Position numbers and translations under genes: made by a program | Shown: in pieces, positions 21,258 through 32,496 of the stretch | Layout of the letters: each line of letters opens with the position of its first letter | Position numbering within the stretch: position 1 is the stretch's first letter | Notes under the pieces: model-generated | Seen by the model: only the letters and a program-made list of their open reading frames with translations | The model's database searches: none | Told to the model about the DNA's origin: nothing | From: an uncultured Acidobacteriota bacterium | GTDB lineage: Bacteria > Acidobacteriota > Thermoanaerobaculia > UBA5066 | Length of the DNA: 64,000 nucleotides | Direction of reading: 5' to 3' | Assembly: GCA_963779415.1 (NCBI GenBank) | Contig: CAVZYA010000002.1 | Span: 1,216,001-1,280,000 of the forward strand

Positions 21258-24200
21258 ATGACAATGAAGCTTTCCCTTCCTCCGGCACTCGTCCCGGTCT
21301 GTCTCGCCTTTCCGCTTCTGGCGGCGACCCCCGCTCCGGAGCCGCCGAAGGAGGGTGGGAAGGCGCCGGCGACCCTCTCGGAGCAGTTTCAGCGGGATGA
21401 AGTTCCGCTCGATCGGGCCGTTCCGGGGCGGGCGCGTCGTTGCCGTCGCCGGGGTCCGCGGGGAGCCGATGGTCTTCTACTTCGGCGGGACCGGCGGGGG
21501 AGTCTTCAGGACCACGGACGGCGGCGGGTCGTGGGAGGCGGTCTCGGACAAGGAGTTCCGGACGGGCTCGATCGGCGCGATCGCGGTTTCGGAGTCGGAC
21601 CCGAACGTCGTCTATGTCGGGACGGGGGAGGCGTGCATCCGCGGAAATCTCTCGTCGGGCGACGGCGTCTACAGGTCCACGGACGCCGGGAAGAGCTGGA
21701 CGAACGTCGGCCTTCCCGACTCGAGGCAGATTTCGCAGGTCGTCGTCCACCCGAAGGACCCGGACGTCGTCTGGGTGGCGGCGCAGGGAGACCCCTGGGG
21801 GCCGAATGCCGAACGCGGCGTCTTCAAGTCGACGGACGGCGGCAAGACGTGGCGAAAGGTCCTCTACGTCGACGAGAAGACGGGCGCCGCCGACCTCGCG
21901 ATCGACCCGACGAACCCGCGAATCCTCTACGCCGCGATGTGGCAGCACGTCCGCAAGCCCTGGACGATGGAGAGCGGCGGGCCGGCCTCGGGACTCTGGA
22001 AGACGACGGACGGCGGCGAGACGTGGAAGAAGCTGGCGGGCGGCCTCCCGGAGGGAATCGTCGGAAAGATCGGCCTCTCTGTCTCCGCTTCCCGGCCCGA
22101 GCGCGTCTTCGCCCTCGTCGAGGCCGAAAAGGGGGGGCTCTACCGCTCCGATGATGGCGGCGGGAAGTGGACGCGGGTCTCCGAGAACCGCGAGCTGATC
22201 CAGCGCGCCTGGTACTACACGCACGTCTTCGCCCACCCGAAGAACCCCGACACGGTCTTCGTCCTCAATGTCGGCTCGTGGCGCTCCGTCGACGGAGGCC
22301 GAACGTTCCAGAAGTTCCGGATCCGGCACGGCGATCACCACGACCTCTGGATCGATCCCGACGACCCGGACCGGATGATCGAAGGGGACGACGGCGGGGC
22401 GACCGTGACGTTCAACGGAGGGAGGAGCTGGTCGTCCCAGGACAATCAGCCGACGGCGCAGTTCTACCGCCTCTTCACGGACGACCGCTTCCCCTATTGG
22501 CTCTACGGCGCGCAGCAGGACAACAGCGACGTCGCGATCCCGAGCGCGGTCCCCGGCCGGGCGATCGGCCCGTCCGACTGGTATCCGGCGGGCGGGGGCG
22601 AGAGCGGCTGGACGCAGCCCGACCCGCGAAACCCCGACGTCATCTATGGCGGAAGCTACGGCGGGGAGATCACCCGGTACGACCGGAAGACGCGCGAGTC
22701 GCGCGTCATCACGGCCTGGCCGCAGCCGATCGACGGGCAGGCGACCCGCGACCTGAAGTACCGGTTCAACTGGAACGCGCCGGTCCTCGTCTCGAAGCAC
22801 GACCCGACGGTCCTCTATCACGCGGCGCAGAGGGTCCTCAGGTCGACGGACGAGGGGACGAGCTGGACCGAGGCGAGCCCCGACCTGACGCGAAACGACA
22901 AGTCGAGGCAGGGCTACCCCGGGGGACCGATCACGCGCGAGATCACCGGCGTCGAGACGTTTCCGACGATCTTCTGTCTCGCCGAGTCGCCGGACGAAAA
23001 GGACGTTCTCTGGGCCGGGACGGACGACGGTCTCGTCTGGGTGACGCGCGACGGGACGAAGAGCTGGCAGAACGTGACCCCGAAAGGGCTGCCCGACACC
23101 GTCCAGATCAACGCCATCGACGTCTCGTCGCACGAGAAGGGGGGCGCCTACGTCGCCGCCACGGCGTACCGGATGGACGACGACCGGCCGTACGTCTACA
23201 GGACGACGGACTACGGGAAGAGCTGGACGAAGATCACGACGGGACTCCCGGAGAACGTCTTCGTCCGGGTCGTCCGCGAAGATCCCGCGCGACGCGGCCT
23301 CCTCTACGCCGGGACCGAACGCGGGCTCTTCGTCTCGTTCGACGACGGGACGTCGTGGCAGCCCTTCCAGCGGAATCTCCCTCCCGTCCCGATCACCGAC
23401 CTCCAGGTGAAGCAGGGCGACCTCCTCGTCGCGACACAGGGGCGCGCCTTCTGGATCCTCGACGACCTGACGCCTCTCCGGGCGTGGTCGACGCCCTTCG
23501 CGGCCGACGCGGCGCGACTCTTCACTCCCCGTCCGACGGTGAGGATGCGGATGTGGACCCAGGACGACGAGGACGAGGGGCCGCGGGTGCGGGCGGCCGG
23601 CCAGAACGCGCCGGGAGGGGTCGTCGTCTGGTATTGGCTGAAGAACGAGTGGAAGCCGGCGGAGAAGGGGAAGGAGACCGTGGCGGTCGAGATCCGGCAG
23701 GGGGAGAAGCTCCTCCGCCGGTACACGAACCGGAAGAGCGACGACGAGGACGCGAAGAAGGAAGACGACGACGCGGACAAGCCGATCGAGGCGAAGGCCG
23801 GGCTGAACCGTCTCGTCTGGGACATGCGGCTGATGCCGCTCACTCTCGCGTCATCGAAGGAAAGCTTCGGTGACTACCCTCCCGAGAGCCCGCGCGTCCT
23901 TCCGGGGAAGTACACGGTTCGGCTCGTCCTGACGCCGCAAAGCCGGGACGGGAAGAGCCCGGAGAGCGTGCTCGAGGCGGCGTTCGAGGTGAAGCCCGAC
24001 CCGCGCATCGCGGCGCCTGCCGCCGACCTCGCGGAGCAGTCGGATCTTCTGCTCGCCCTCCGGGGCGATCTCGAGCGGTCGCACGACCTTCTCCGGAGCG
24101 TTCGCGAGACGCGCACGCAGGCGAAGGAACTCACCGAGCGCGCCGACCGGCTCGGGAAGAAGGAGGTCGCGGCGCCTGCCAAGGCGCTGACGGACGGGCT

Positions 24201-24492
24201 CACCGCTCTCGAGGAGAAGATCACGAACCCTAAGATCAAGGCGAGCCAGGACTCGCTGAACTACCAGCCGAAGCTCGACTTCCAGATCGCCGCTCTCGCG
24301 GCGTTCGTCGACAGCGCCGACGCGAAACCCCCGAAGGCCTCGTACGAGCGCCGGAAGGAGCTGCTCGCCGAGCTGGAGGCGGCGCAGAGGGAGTTCGAAG
24401 GGATCCGGTCCCGCGAGCTTGCGGCCTTCAACCGGGCCGTGGAGGAGGCGAAGATCCCGCCCGTGGTCGTGCTGCCGCCGAAGAAGAGATAG
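21258..24492 (+). CDS. VPS10/BNR-repeat glycosyl hydrolase-like protein, copy 1 (frameshift near 21390)
   Basis: Signal peptide in ORF 21258; FRSIGPFRGGRV, repeated S/TTDGGxTW Asp-boxes, helical C-terminus. Confidence 0.88.
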
Positions 24493-24501
24493 CGGAGAGG
24501 G

Positions 24502-26136
24502 ATGCTCGTCGTCCTCGCGGGTCTCCTCGTCTGGGTCCCGGCGCTCCTCGGGTGGGGCTCACTCGTCCTGCCGGGGCTCCTCGGCGGCCGGCTCCGCGAG
24601 GACGACGACGTGGGGTTCGCGCTCCGGGGCTTCGCCGGGCTCGGCGTTCTCGGGACGGTCGGTGCGGCGCTGAACCTCCTCACGGGCCTCGGCCCGCTCC
24701 TCGCTCTGGCTGCCGCGCTGGTCGGCCTCGTCCTCTTCGCGCGCGACGTGAAGGGGGCCACGGGAGCCGTCACGAGGGGCGACGCGCTGGCGCTCGCCGG
24801 CCTCGCCCTTCTCGTCGCGTTCGTCGGGTCGGGGCCGATCCGCCTCTACGACACGGGCCTCTACCACTTCTCCGTCGTCGAGTGGAGCGTGGCCGGACCG
24901 ATTCCCGCCGGCCTCGCGAACCTCCATCGCCGCTACGGGCTGAACTCGCTCTGGTTCCCCGCGGCATCACTCCTCGAGCTGCCACTCCTGGCGAAGCGAA
25001 GCGCGTGGCTCGTCTCGTCGCTCACCCTCGTCTTCTTCGGATCGGCCGTCTGGCGGGGTGCGCGGAAAGCGGTGGCGGGAACGGCGGACGCCTCGGGCGC
25101 CCTTCTCGCCCTCGGCGTTCTCCCTCTCGCCGTCTTCGCGTCGAACGAATGGCTCCCGTCGCTTTCGACCGATCTTCCGGCCGCGTCCCTCACGATCCTC
25201 GCCTCGGCGCTCCTCCTTCGCGAGCCGTGCGGCCGGACCGAGAGGCGGGCAGCCGTGGTGCTCGCCTTCTTCGCGGTCACGGTCAAGCTCTCGGCGGCGG
25301 TCTTCTTCCTCGCCGTCCTTCTCGTCGCTCGGGCCTTTCCCGTCGCGCTCCTCCTTCCGGCCGTCGCGTGGGTCTCGCGCGGCATCGCCCTCTCCGGCTA
25401 CCTTCTCTATCCGTCGATCGCGACGCGAATCGGTTTTCTGTCATGGGCGGTGCCGGCGGCGACGGCTCGGGAAGAGATCGACTGGGCGCGGAGCTGGGCG
25501 CGGCTTCCGGGGCGGCCGCTCGCGGAGACCCTCGTCGGGAATGCGTGGCTTTCCGAATGGGCGAGAACGAACGCGACCCGTCTTTCGATACTGCCGCTCC
25601 TGCTTCTCCTCTTCGCGGGCCTGGCCGCGCTCGTCCTGGCGCGCCGGCGCAGGTCGCCGATGGCACGGGGGCGGACGGCAGGGGTCTTTCTCGCGGCCGC
25701 GGCCTCGACGCTCTTCTGGTTCTTTTCCGCCCCCGATCCGCGCTTCGGCTACGGCGCGCTCTTCGTTCTTTCGGCTCTCCCGCTCGCCGTGACGCTCCCG
25801 AGTTTCGGGCTCGGCGACGTTTCTCTCCGGATCCGGACGATCACGGCCGGGCTCGTGGCGGCGGGCGTCGCGCTCGCGGGGCTCGCTTTCGTGATCACGG
25901 GATCCGGCGTCCGGCCGTCGGCGCTCGTCCCGCCCGGCGTTCCTCGCCCCGTGGTGAAGGAGCTTCGGACGCTCGAAGGGGAGAGCGTCTTCGTCCCCGC
26001 CGGGGACGGCTGCTGGGATGCCCCGCGCCCCTGCACCCCCTACTTCAATCCCCGCCTCGTCGTCGACCGCGATCTGCGCGGGCGGCCGCGCGTCTTCAGC
26101 TTTCCGCCGCCCGACTCGACGGTTCGGGCGCGGTAG
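24502..26136 (+). CDS. Polytopic membrane protein (LIC_10190-like)
   Basis: YDTGLYH...W...PAGLANLHRRYGLNSLW, APDPRFG, CWDAPRPCTP. Confidence 0.7.
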   Translation: MLVVLAGLLVWVPALLGWGSLVLPGLLGGRLREDDDVGFALRGFAGLGVLGTVGAALNLLTGLGPLLALAAALVGLVLFARDVKGATGAVTRGDALALAGLALLVAFVGSGPIRLYDTGLYHFSVVEWSVAGPIPAGLANLHRRYGLNSLWFPAASLLELPLLAKRSAWLVSSLTLVFFGSAVWRGARKAVAGTADASGALLALGVLPLAVFASNEWLPSLSTDLPAASLTILASALLLREPCGRTERRAAVVLAFFAVTVKLSAAVFFLAVLLVARAFPVALLLPAVAWVSRGIALSGYLLYPSIATRIGFLSWAVPAATAREEIDWARSWARLPGRPLAETLVGNAWLSEWARTNATRLSILPLLLLLFAGLAALVLARRRRSPMARGRTAGVFLAAAASTLFWFFSAPDPRFGYGALFVLSALPLAVTLPSFGLGDVSLRIRTITAGLVAAGVALAGLAFVITGSGVRPSALVPPGVPRPVVKELRTLEGESVFVPAGDGCWDAPRPCTPYFNPRLVVDRDLRGRPRVFSFPPPDSTVRAR

Positions 26137-26228
26137 GCCGCGACGAGCGGGACCTCCCCGTGCCGCGGCGCCCGGAGTTAGGATGAGGCGGTTGCCCGGC
26201 TCCGCCCGCGGGGGCCGTTCGAGGGGAG

Positions 26229-27056
26229 ATGAAAGCGCTTTCCGAGGTTCTCGCGCACGAGGACGAGGTCGTCCGCCTCGACCCGGACCACCCGGGCTTC
26301 AAGGATCCCGTCTACCGGAAACGGCGGAACGAGATCGCGAAGCTGGCGCTCGCCTACCGGGACGGGGAGCCACTCCCGCGGGTCGACTACACGCCCGAGG
26401 AGCAGGACGTCTGGAAGCTGACGTGGGAACGGCTCGGCCCTCTCCACGACCGTTACGCCTGCCGCGAATGGCGCGACAGCTCGCGAGTCCTGGCCCTCGA
26501 CCGGCTGCGGGTCCCCCAGCTCTCCGAGGTGAACATCCGGCTCGCCGGGAGCGGCTTCCGGATGCTTCCGGTCGCGGGGCTCATCTCGGGGCGCGGCTTT
26601 CTCTCCGCGATGGCGCAGGGGGTCTTCCTCGCGACGCAGTACATGCGCCACCACTCCGTCCCCTTCTACACGCCCGAGCCCGATGTCGTCCACGAGCTGG
26701 TCGGGCACGCGGCGAGTCTCTTCCACCCCGACGTCGTCCGGCTCTCGCGTCTCTTCGGCGAGGCGGCGCGCCGGGCGGACGAGGCGTCGATGAAGAGGCT
26801 GGAGCGGGTCTACTGGTACACGCTGGAGTTCGGGCTCGTCCGCGAGAACGGCGCCCTCAGGACGTACGGCGCGGGAATCCTCTCCTCGTTCGGCGAAATG
26901 GAGCGCTTCACGAGCGAGGCCGAGATCCGGCCGCTCGACTTCGACGACGCCTCGGCCCGCCCCTACGACCCGACCCGATACCAGCCCGTCCTCTACGTGT
27001 CGCCGTCGTTCGACCGGATGGTCGCGGACGTCGCGGACTTTCTCGCGTCGATCTGA
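26229..27056 (+). CDS. phhA: Phenylalanine 4-monooxygenase
   Basis: DHPGFKDPVYRKRR, PFYTPEPDVVHELVGH, YWYTLEFGL, YGAGILSSFGE. Confidence 0.92.
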   Translation: MKALSEVLAHEDEVVRLDPDHPGFKDPVYRKRRNEIAKLALAYRDGEPLPRVDYTPEEQDVWKLTWERLGPLHDRYACREWRDSSRVLALDRLRVPQLSEVNIRLAGSGFRMLPVAGLISGRGFLSAMAQGVFLATQYMRHHSVPFYTPEPDVVHELVGHAASLFHPDVVRLSRLFGEAARRADEASMKRLERVYWYTLEFGLVRENGALRTYGAGILSSFGEMERFTSEAEIRPLDFDDASARPYDPTRYQPVLYVSPSFDRMVADVADFLASI

Positions 27057-27088
27057 GTCCGTCCGGGGCGCGCCCGTAGACTCGGACC

Positions 27089-28405
27089 GTGGCCACGGAC
27101 CGCGCCCCCTACGCGTCGCTCGGCCACACCGGATTCCGACGCTACGCCCTCGGGATGTTCGTCTCGCTCGTCGGATCCCAGATGCAGAACACGGCGATCG
27201 ACTGGCACGTCTGGGTCCTGACGAGGTCGACGCTCGCCCTCGGCGCCGTGGGGCTCGTCCGCTTCGTCCCGATCGTGATCTTCTCCCTCGCCGGGGGGCT
27301 CGTCGCCGACCGGTACGACAGGCGCCGGGTCCTTCTCGCCACCCAGACCGTGATGCTGGGGAGCGCCGCCCTTCTCGCGCTCCTGACGATCAGCGGGCGC
27401 GAGAGCCTCGCCGCAATCTACGGCCTCACGGCCGTCACCGCGGCGGCCACGGCCTTCGACAGCCCGACCCGCCATTCGTTCGTGCCGCGCCTCGTCCCGG
27501 CGGCCGACCTCGCCGGCGGCTTCGCCGTCCTCGTCACCGGCTTCCAGCTCGCGTCCATCGGCGGTCCGGCGCTCGCGGGCCTCATCCTCGCCCGCGGGGA
27601 CGGCGCGTCGGCCGGGGCGGTTCCCGCGGGCGCCCTCGCGGCCGTCTACGGCCTCAATGCGCTCTCGTTTCTCGCCGTCGTGTCCGCGCTCCTCTCGATC
27701 CACCCGTCGGCGGGAACGGCCGCGACTCGCGCGGGAGCCGAGCCTCCGCTCGCCGCGCTGGGGGAGGGTCTCCGGTTCGTCTTCCGGACGCCGATCATCG
27801 TCTGGTCGATGCTTCTCGACTTCGTCGCGACGTTCTTCTCCGGCTCGATGTCGCTCCTGCCGGTCTTCGCGGACCAGGTCCTGAACGTCGGACCGGCGGG
27901 TTACGGATGGCTCCGCGCGGCGCCGGGAGTCGGGGCGGCCGTCGCCTCCGGAGCGCTCGCCCTCCGGACACTCCCGCGCCGGCAGGGCCGCCTCCTCCTC
28001 GGCGCGGTCGCGGTCTACGGAGCGGCCACGGTGGCGTTCGGCCTTTCACGAAGCGTCGCCTTCACCCTCGGGGCCCTGATGCTCGTCGGGGGCGCGGACA
28101 CGGTCTCTACGGTCATTCGCCAGACCGTCCGCTCCCTCGCGACGCCGGACGCCCTGCGCGGGCGGATGACGAGCGTGAACATGATCTTCTTCCAGGGAGG
28201 GCCGCAGCTCGGCGAGCTGGAAGCCGGCCTCGTGGCGTCCCTTTTCGCGACGGCGGCTCTCGGCGCGACGGTGGCGGTCGTCTCGGGGGGAGCGGCGACG
28301 CTTCTCGTCGCCGCGGCCGTCGCCTGGCGGGCTCCCTTCCTCCTCCGTTACGACGTCGAGAACGCCGTCCGTGAGGCGTCCGCAGCGGATCCCGACGGGC
28401 CCTGA
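27089..28405 (+). CDS. MFS transporter (EntS/DHA3-like)
   Basis: GLVADRYDRRR, 12-TM pattern, TPDALRGRMTSVN. Confidence 0.9.
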   Translation: MATDRAPYASLGHTGFRRYALGMFVSLVGSQMQNTAIDWHVWVLTRSTLALGAVGLVRFVPIVIFSLAGGLVADRYDRRRVLLATQTVMLGSAALLALLTISGRESLAAIYGLTAVTAAATAFDSPTRHSFVPRLVPAADLAGGFAVLVTGFQLASIGGPALAGLILARGDGASAGAVPAGALAAVYGLNALSFLAVVSALLSIHPSAGTAATRAGAEPPLAALGEGLRFVFRTPIIVWSMLLDFVATFFSGSMSLLPVFADQVLNVGPAGYGWLRAAPGVGAAVASGALALRTLPRRQGRLLLGAVAVYGAATVAFGLSRSVAFTLGALMLVGGADTVSTVIRQTVRSLATPDALRGRMTSVNMIFFQGGPQLGELEAGLVASLFATAALGATVAVVSGGAATLLVAAAVAWRAPFLLRYDVENAVREASAADPDGP

Positions 28406-28448
28406 GGCCTATACTCGCCCGGCCCCGGATCCGGGAGGAGAGACATTC

Positions 28449-31400
28449 ATGATCGCCATTCTTCTCGCCACCCTTCTCGCCCTTCCCGCCGCCGCGACCC
28501 CCGCGAAACCTCCGACGGAGACCCCGTCCGTCCGTTCGCTTTCGGACCAGATGGAAGGGCTCTCGTTCCGCGAGATCGGCCCCTTCCGGGGCGGCCGCGT
28601 CGTCGCCGTGACGGGCGTCGTCGGAGAGCCGCTGACTTTCTACTTTGGCGGCACCGGCGGCGGCGTTTTCAAGTCGGCGAACGGCGGGCAGGGGTGGGAA
28701 CCGGTCACGGACAAGTACTTCAAGACCGGCTCCGTCGGGGCGATCGCCGTTTCGGAATCCGACCCGAACGTGATCTGGGTCGGAATGGGCGAGGCGTGCA
28801 TCCGCGGCAACACGTCGCACGGCGACGGCGTCTGGAGGTCGACCGACGCGGGACGCACCTGGAAGAACGTCGGCCTTCAGGCCACGGAGCAGATCTCGGC
28901 CGTCGTCGTCCACCCCAAGAACCCCGACGTCGCCTGGGTCGCGGCGCTCGGCCACACGTGGGGGCCGAACCCGGAGCGGGGGATCTACCGGACGACGGAC
29001 GGCGGCGCGACGTGGAAGAAGGTCCTCTTCGTCGACGAGAAGACCGGCGCGAGCGACCTGGCGATCGACCCGACGAACCCGCGGATCCTCTACGCCGCCT
29101 TCTGGCAGGTGGCCCGGAAGCCGTGGACGCTCGAGAGCGGCGGGCCGGGCTCGGGTTTGTGGAAGTCGACGGACGGCGGCGACACGTGGAAGAAGCTCTC
29201 CGGCGGCCTGCCGGAAGGGATCGTCGGGAGGATCGGCGTCTCCGTCTCCGCCTCGCGTCCCGACCGCGTTTACGCGATGGTGGAGGCCGAGAAGGGGGGC
29301 CTTTTCCGGACGGACGACGCCGGCGAGAAGTGGACCCGGGTCAACGAGGGCAACGACCTCCGCCAGCGGGCCTGGTACTACTCCCACGTCTTCGCCGATC
29401 CGAAGAGCGCCGACACCGTCTACGTCCTGAACGTCCGGTTCGAAAAGTCGGTGGACGGCGGCAAGACCTTCACCGCCGTTCGGACGCCGCACGGCGACAA
29501 CCACGCGCTCTGGATCGACCCGAACGACCCCGAGCGGATGATCGAAGGAAACGACGGTGGCGCGAACGTCTCCTTCGACGGCGGGCGGAGCTGGTCCACC
29601 GTCCTGAACCAGCCGACGGCGCAGTTCTACCGCGTCGTGACGGACGACCGCGTTCCGTACCGGGTCTACGGCGCCCAGCAGGACAACACGACGGTCGCAA
29701 TCGCGAGCCGGACGCGCGGCTTCGGCATCGGCCTGACGGACTGGTACGAGGTCGCCGGCTGCGAGAGCGGCTGGATCGCCCCGAGCCCGAAGGACCCCGA
29801 CGTCGTCTACTCCGGCTGCTACGGCGGCTCCATCAACCGGTTCGACCACCGGACCGGCGAGAGCCGCGAGGTGGTCGCGTGGCCGCAGCTCGCGGTGGGA
29901 CAGGCGGCGAAGGACCTGAAGTACCGGTTCCAGTGGAACGCACCGATCCTGATCTCGCCGAACGACCCGAACGTCCTCTATCACGCCGCACAGAAGCTCC
30001 TGAAGTCGACGGACGAGGGAAGGACCTGGACCGAGATCAGTCCCGACCTGACCCGGAACGACCCGACGAAGCAGGGGAAGTCGGGGGGGCCGATCACGAA
30101 GGACGACACCGGGGTCGAGGTCTACGACGTCATCTTCGCCCTCGCCGAGGCGCCGAACGAGCCGGGAGTGATCTGGGCCGGGACCGACGACGGCCTCGTC
30201 TGGGTCACCCGCGACGGCGGGAAGAACTGGTCGAACGTGACGCCGAAGGGGATCCCGGAATGGATCCAGATCAACGCGATCGACCTCTCCCGGCACGAGA
30301 AGGGAACGGCGTACGTCGCCGCGACGATGTACAAGTTCGACGACTTCCGGCCCTACCTCTACAAGACGAGCGACTACGGGAAGTCGTGGACGAAGATCGT
30401 GAACGGGATTCCCGACGGAACCTTCACGCGCGTCGTCCGCGAGGACCCGGGTCGGCGCGGGCTCCTCTTCGCCGGGACCGAGACGGGGCTCTACATCTCC
30501 TTCGACGACGGCGCGAACTGGCAGCCGTTTTCGCGGAACCTCCCGGCCGTCCCGATCACGGACCTCACCGTGAAGGACCGCGACCTCATCCTCGCGACGC
30601 AGGGGCGCTCCTTCTGGATCCTCGACGACATCTCGCCTCTTCGGGAGTGGTCGCCCGGGATCGCGTCGAAGGACCTCTTCCTCTTCGCGTCTTCGCCCGC
30701 GCCCCGGATGGCCGGGGGGGGCGCGTGGTGGATGGAAGGGGAGGGCGGGCCGCGCGGTGTCGGGCAGAACCCCGCGAACGGCGCCTATGTCTACTACTGG
30801 CTGAAGGAGAAGCCGCCCGAGAAGGCGAAGGGGAAGGACGCCATCACGATCGAGATCCTCGACGGCGAGACGCTCCTCCGGACCTTCACCAGCGAGAAGC
30901 CTCCCGAGCCGGGAGAAGGCGCGCCGCCGCCGGACGCGAACCGCGAGCGGCCGCTCGAACCGAAACAGGGGCTCAACCGGTTCGTCTGGGACCTCCGGAT
31001 GCTGAGGCCCCAGCTCGTGCCGAAGGCGGTCCTCTGGGGAAACAGGCTCGGACCGAAGGTGGCGCCGGGGAGCTACACGGTGCGCCTGACGAAGGGCGAC
31101 ACGGTCCTGACCGGGAGGGTCGAAGTAGAGGCGAATCCCGGGCTGAAGATCTCCGGGGCCGATCTCGCGGCGCAGGCCGCCTTCCTGCGCGACGTCCGTG
31201 ACCGGATCACGGATGCGCATCAGGCGGTCGTCCGGATCCGCGACGCGAAGGCGCAGCTCAAGGAGGTCGCCGCGCGCGCCGAGAAGCTCGGGAAGAAGGA
31301 CCCGATCGCCTCGAAGGCGAAGGCACTCACGGAGAAGCTGACGGCGATCGAGGAGAAGCTCGTCAACCCGAAGCTCAAGGCGTCCCAGGACATCCTCAAC

Positions 31401-31634
31401 TTCGTCCCGGCCCTCGACCACCAGTTCGTCGGTCTCGCCTCGGCTGCCGGAAGCGCCGACGGGGCCCCGCGCCCGGTCGAGAAGGAGTACTACACGGAGC
31501 TGAAGGCGAAACTGGATGCCGTCCTCGCCGACTTGAACACCGTCCTCGACAAGGACCTCGCCGATTTCAACGCCGCGGTCCGCGACGCCGGGATCCCGGC
31601 CGTCTCGGTGCCGCCGAAGACGGCAAAGATGTGA
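28449..31634 (+). CDS. VPS10/BNR-repeat glycosyl hydrolase-like protein, copy 2
   Basis: RBS GGAGGAG, signal peptide, FREIGPFRGGRV, Asp-box repeats; close paralog of copy 1. Confidence 0.9.
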   Translation: MIAILLATLLALPAAATPAKPPTETPSVRSLSDQMEGLSFREIGPFRGGRVVAVTGVVGEPLTFYFGGTGGGVFKSANGGQGWEPVTDKYFKTGSVGAIAVSESDPNVIWVGMGEACIRGNTSHGDGVWRSTDAGRTWKNVGLQATEQISAVVVHPKNPDVAWVAALGHTWGPNPERGIYRTTDGGATWKKVLFVDEKTGASDLAIDPTNPRILYAAFWQVARKPWTLESGGPGSGLWKSTDGGDTWKKLSGGLPEGIVGRIGVSVSASRPDRVYAMVEAEKGGLFRTDDAGEKWTRVNEGNDLRQRAWYYSHVFADPKSADTVYVLNVRFEKSVDGGKTFTAVRTPHGDNHALWIDPNDPERMIEGNDGGANVSFDGGRSWSTVLNQPTAQFYRVVTDDRVPYRVYGAQQDNTTVAIASRTRGFGIGLTDWYEVAGCESGWIAPSPKDPDVVYSGCYGGSINRFDHRTGESREVVAWPQLAVGQAAKDLKYRFQWNAPILISPNDPNVLYHAAQKLLKSTDEGRTWTEISPDLTRNDPTKQGKSGGPITKDDTGVEVYDVIFALAEAPNEPGVIWAGTDDGLVWVTRDGGKNWSNVTPKGIPEWIQINAIDLSRHEKGTAYVAATMYKFDDFRPYLYKTSDYGKSWTKIVNGIPDGTFTRVVREDPGRRGLLFAGTETGLYISFDDGANWQPFSRNLPAVPITDLTVKDRDLILATQGRSFWILDDISPLREWSPGIASKDLFLFASSPAPRMAGGGAWWMEGEGGPRGVGQNPANGAYVYYWLKEKPPEKAKGKDAITIEILDGETLLRTFTSEKPPEPGEGAPPPDANRERPLEPKQGLNRFVWDLRMLRPQLVPKAVLWGNRLGPKVAPGSYTVRLTKGDTVLTGRVEVEANPGLKISGADLAAQAAFLRDVRDRITDAHQAVVRIRDAKAQLKEVAARAEKLGKKDPIASKAKALTEKLTAIEEKLVNPKLKASQDILNFVPALDHQFVGLASAAGSADGAPRPVEKEYYTELKAKLDAVLADLNTVLDKDLADFNAAVRDAGIPAVSVPPKTAKM

Positions 31635-32194
31635 TCCGATCCACCCCATACCTCACCGCACTGCTTCTTGCGATGGGGACCGCGGCCGCGACGGCCGCGG
31701 CCGCCACCCCGGAGGTTCGCGTCATGCAGATCACCTCGACGGCGTTCGCCGACAACGGATCGATCCCCGCGAAGTTCACCTGCGAAGGCTCCGACGTCTC
31801 TCCCGCGCTCGCCTGGTCGGGGGCTCCGGCGGGGACGAAGTCCTTTGCCCTCATCGTGGACGACCCCGACGCCCCCGACCCGGCGGCCCCGAAGATGACG
31901 TGGGTCCACTGGGTTCTCTACGACATCCCGCCCTCCGCGTCCGGGCTTCCCGAGGCCGTCGCCCCCGCCGCCCTCCCGAAAGGGACGCGCGAAGGGACCA
32001 ACGACTGGAAGCGGACCGGCTACGGCGGCCCCTGCCCCCCGATCGGACGCCACCGCTACTTCCACAAGCTCTACGCCCTCGACACCGTCCTTTCCGATCT
32101 CGGGAGGCCGACGAAGGCGAAGCTCCTCGAGGCAATGAAGGGGCACGTCCTCGCCGAGGCGCAGCTGATGGGGACCTACCAGAAGGGGAAGTAG
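31631..32194 (+). CDS. YbhB/YbcL Raf-kinase-inhibitor-like (PEBP) protein
   Basis: DDPDAP, WVHWVLY, YGGPCPPIGRHRYFHKLYALD. Confidence 0.93.
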   Translation: MIRSTPYLTALLLAMGTAAATAAAATPEVRVMQITSTAFADNGSIPAKFTCEGSDVSPALAWSGAPAGTKSFALIVDDPDAPDPAAPKMTWVHWVLYDIPPSASGLPEAVAPAALPKGTREGTNDWKRTGYGGPCPPIGRHRYFHKLYALDTVLSDLGRPTKAKLLEAMKGHVLAEAQLMGTYQKGK

Positions 32195-32247
32195 CCGAGA
32201 CCAACTCGGCGATCGCAGTTTCATCATGCTGTGAAAACACTCATGGC

Positions 32248-32496
32248 ATGGTGCGGACGCAGATCCAGCTCACCGAGAAGCAGAGCCGGCGAATCAAAGC
32301 GGTGGCCCGGAAGCGAAAGCTCTCGATGGTGGCGGTGATTCGGGAGTGCGTTGATGCCGGGCTGAACCGAACTGTGCCGGACCGACGGAAGCTATGGGAC
32401 CGGGCGTCCCGATTCGTGGGTGCCTTCTCGGGCCGCGAGGGAAAGAGAGACGTCGCCCGACGTCACGACGACTACCTGGACGAAGCCTACCGGTGA
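32248..32496 (+). CDS. Ribbon-helix-helix (CopG/VapB-like) antitoxin
   Basis: MVRTQIQLTEKQ...SMVAVIRECVD...DVARRHDDYL. Confidence 0.8.
   Translation: MVRTQIQLTEKQSRRIKAVARKRKLSMVAVIRECVDAGLNRTVPDRRKLWDRASRFVGAFSGREGKRDVARRHDDYLDEAYR

Noticed and set aside
20398-23133. 911-aa minus-strand ORF
   Set aside because: Only the last 256 aa (ceramidase-like) look real; the rest is antisense shadow of the VPS10 gene.
28113-31649. Long antisense and alternative-frame ORFs here and throughout (e.g. 52490-55510, 39893-41686)
   Set aside because: Arg/Pro/Gly-rich shadow ORFs expected from high-GC codon bias; no motifs.
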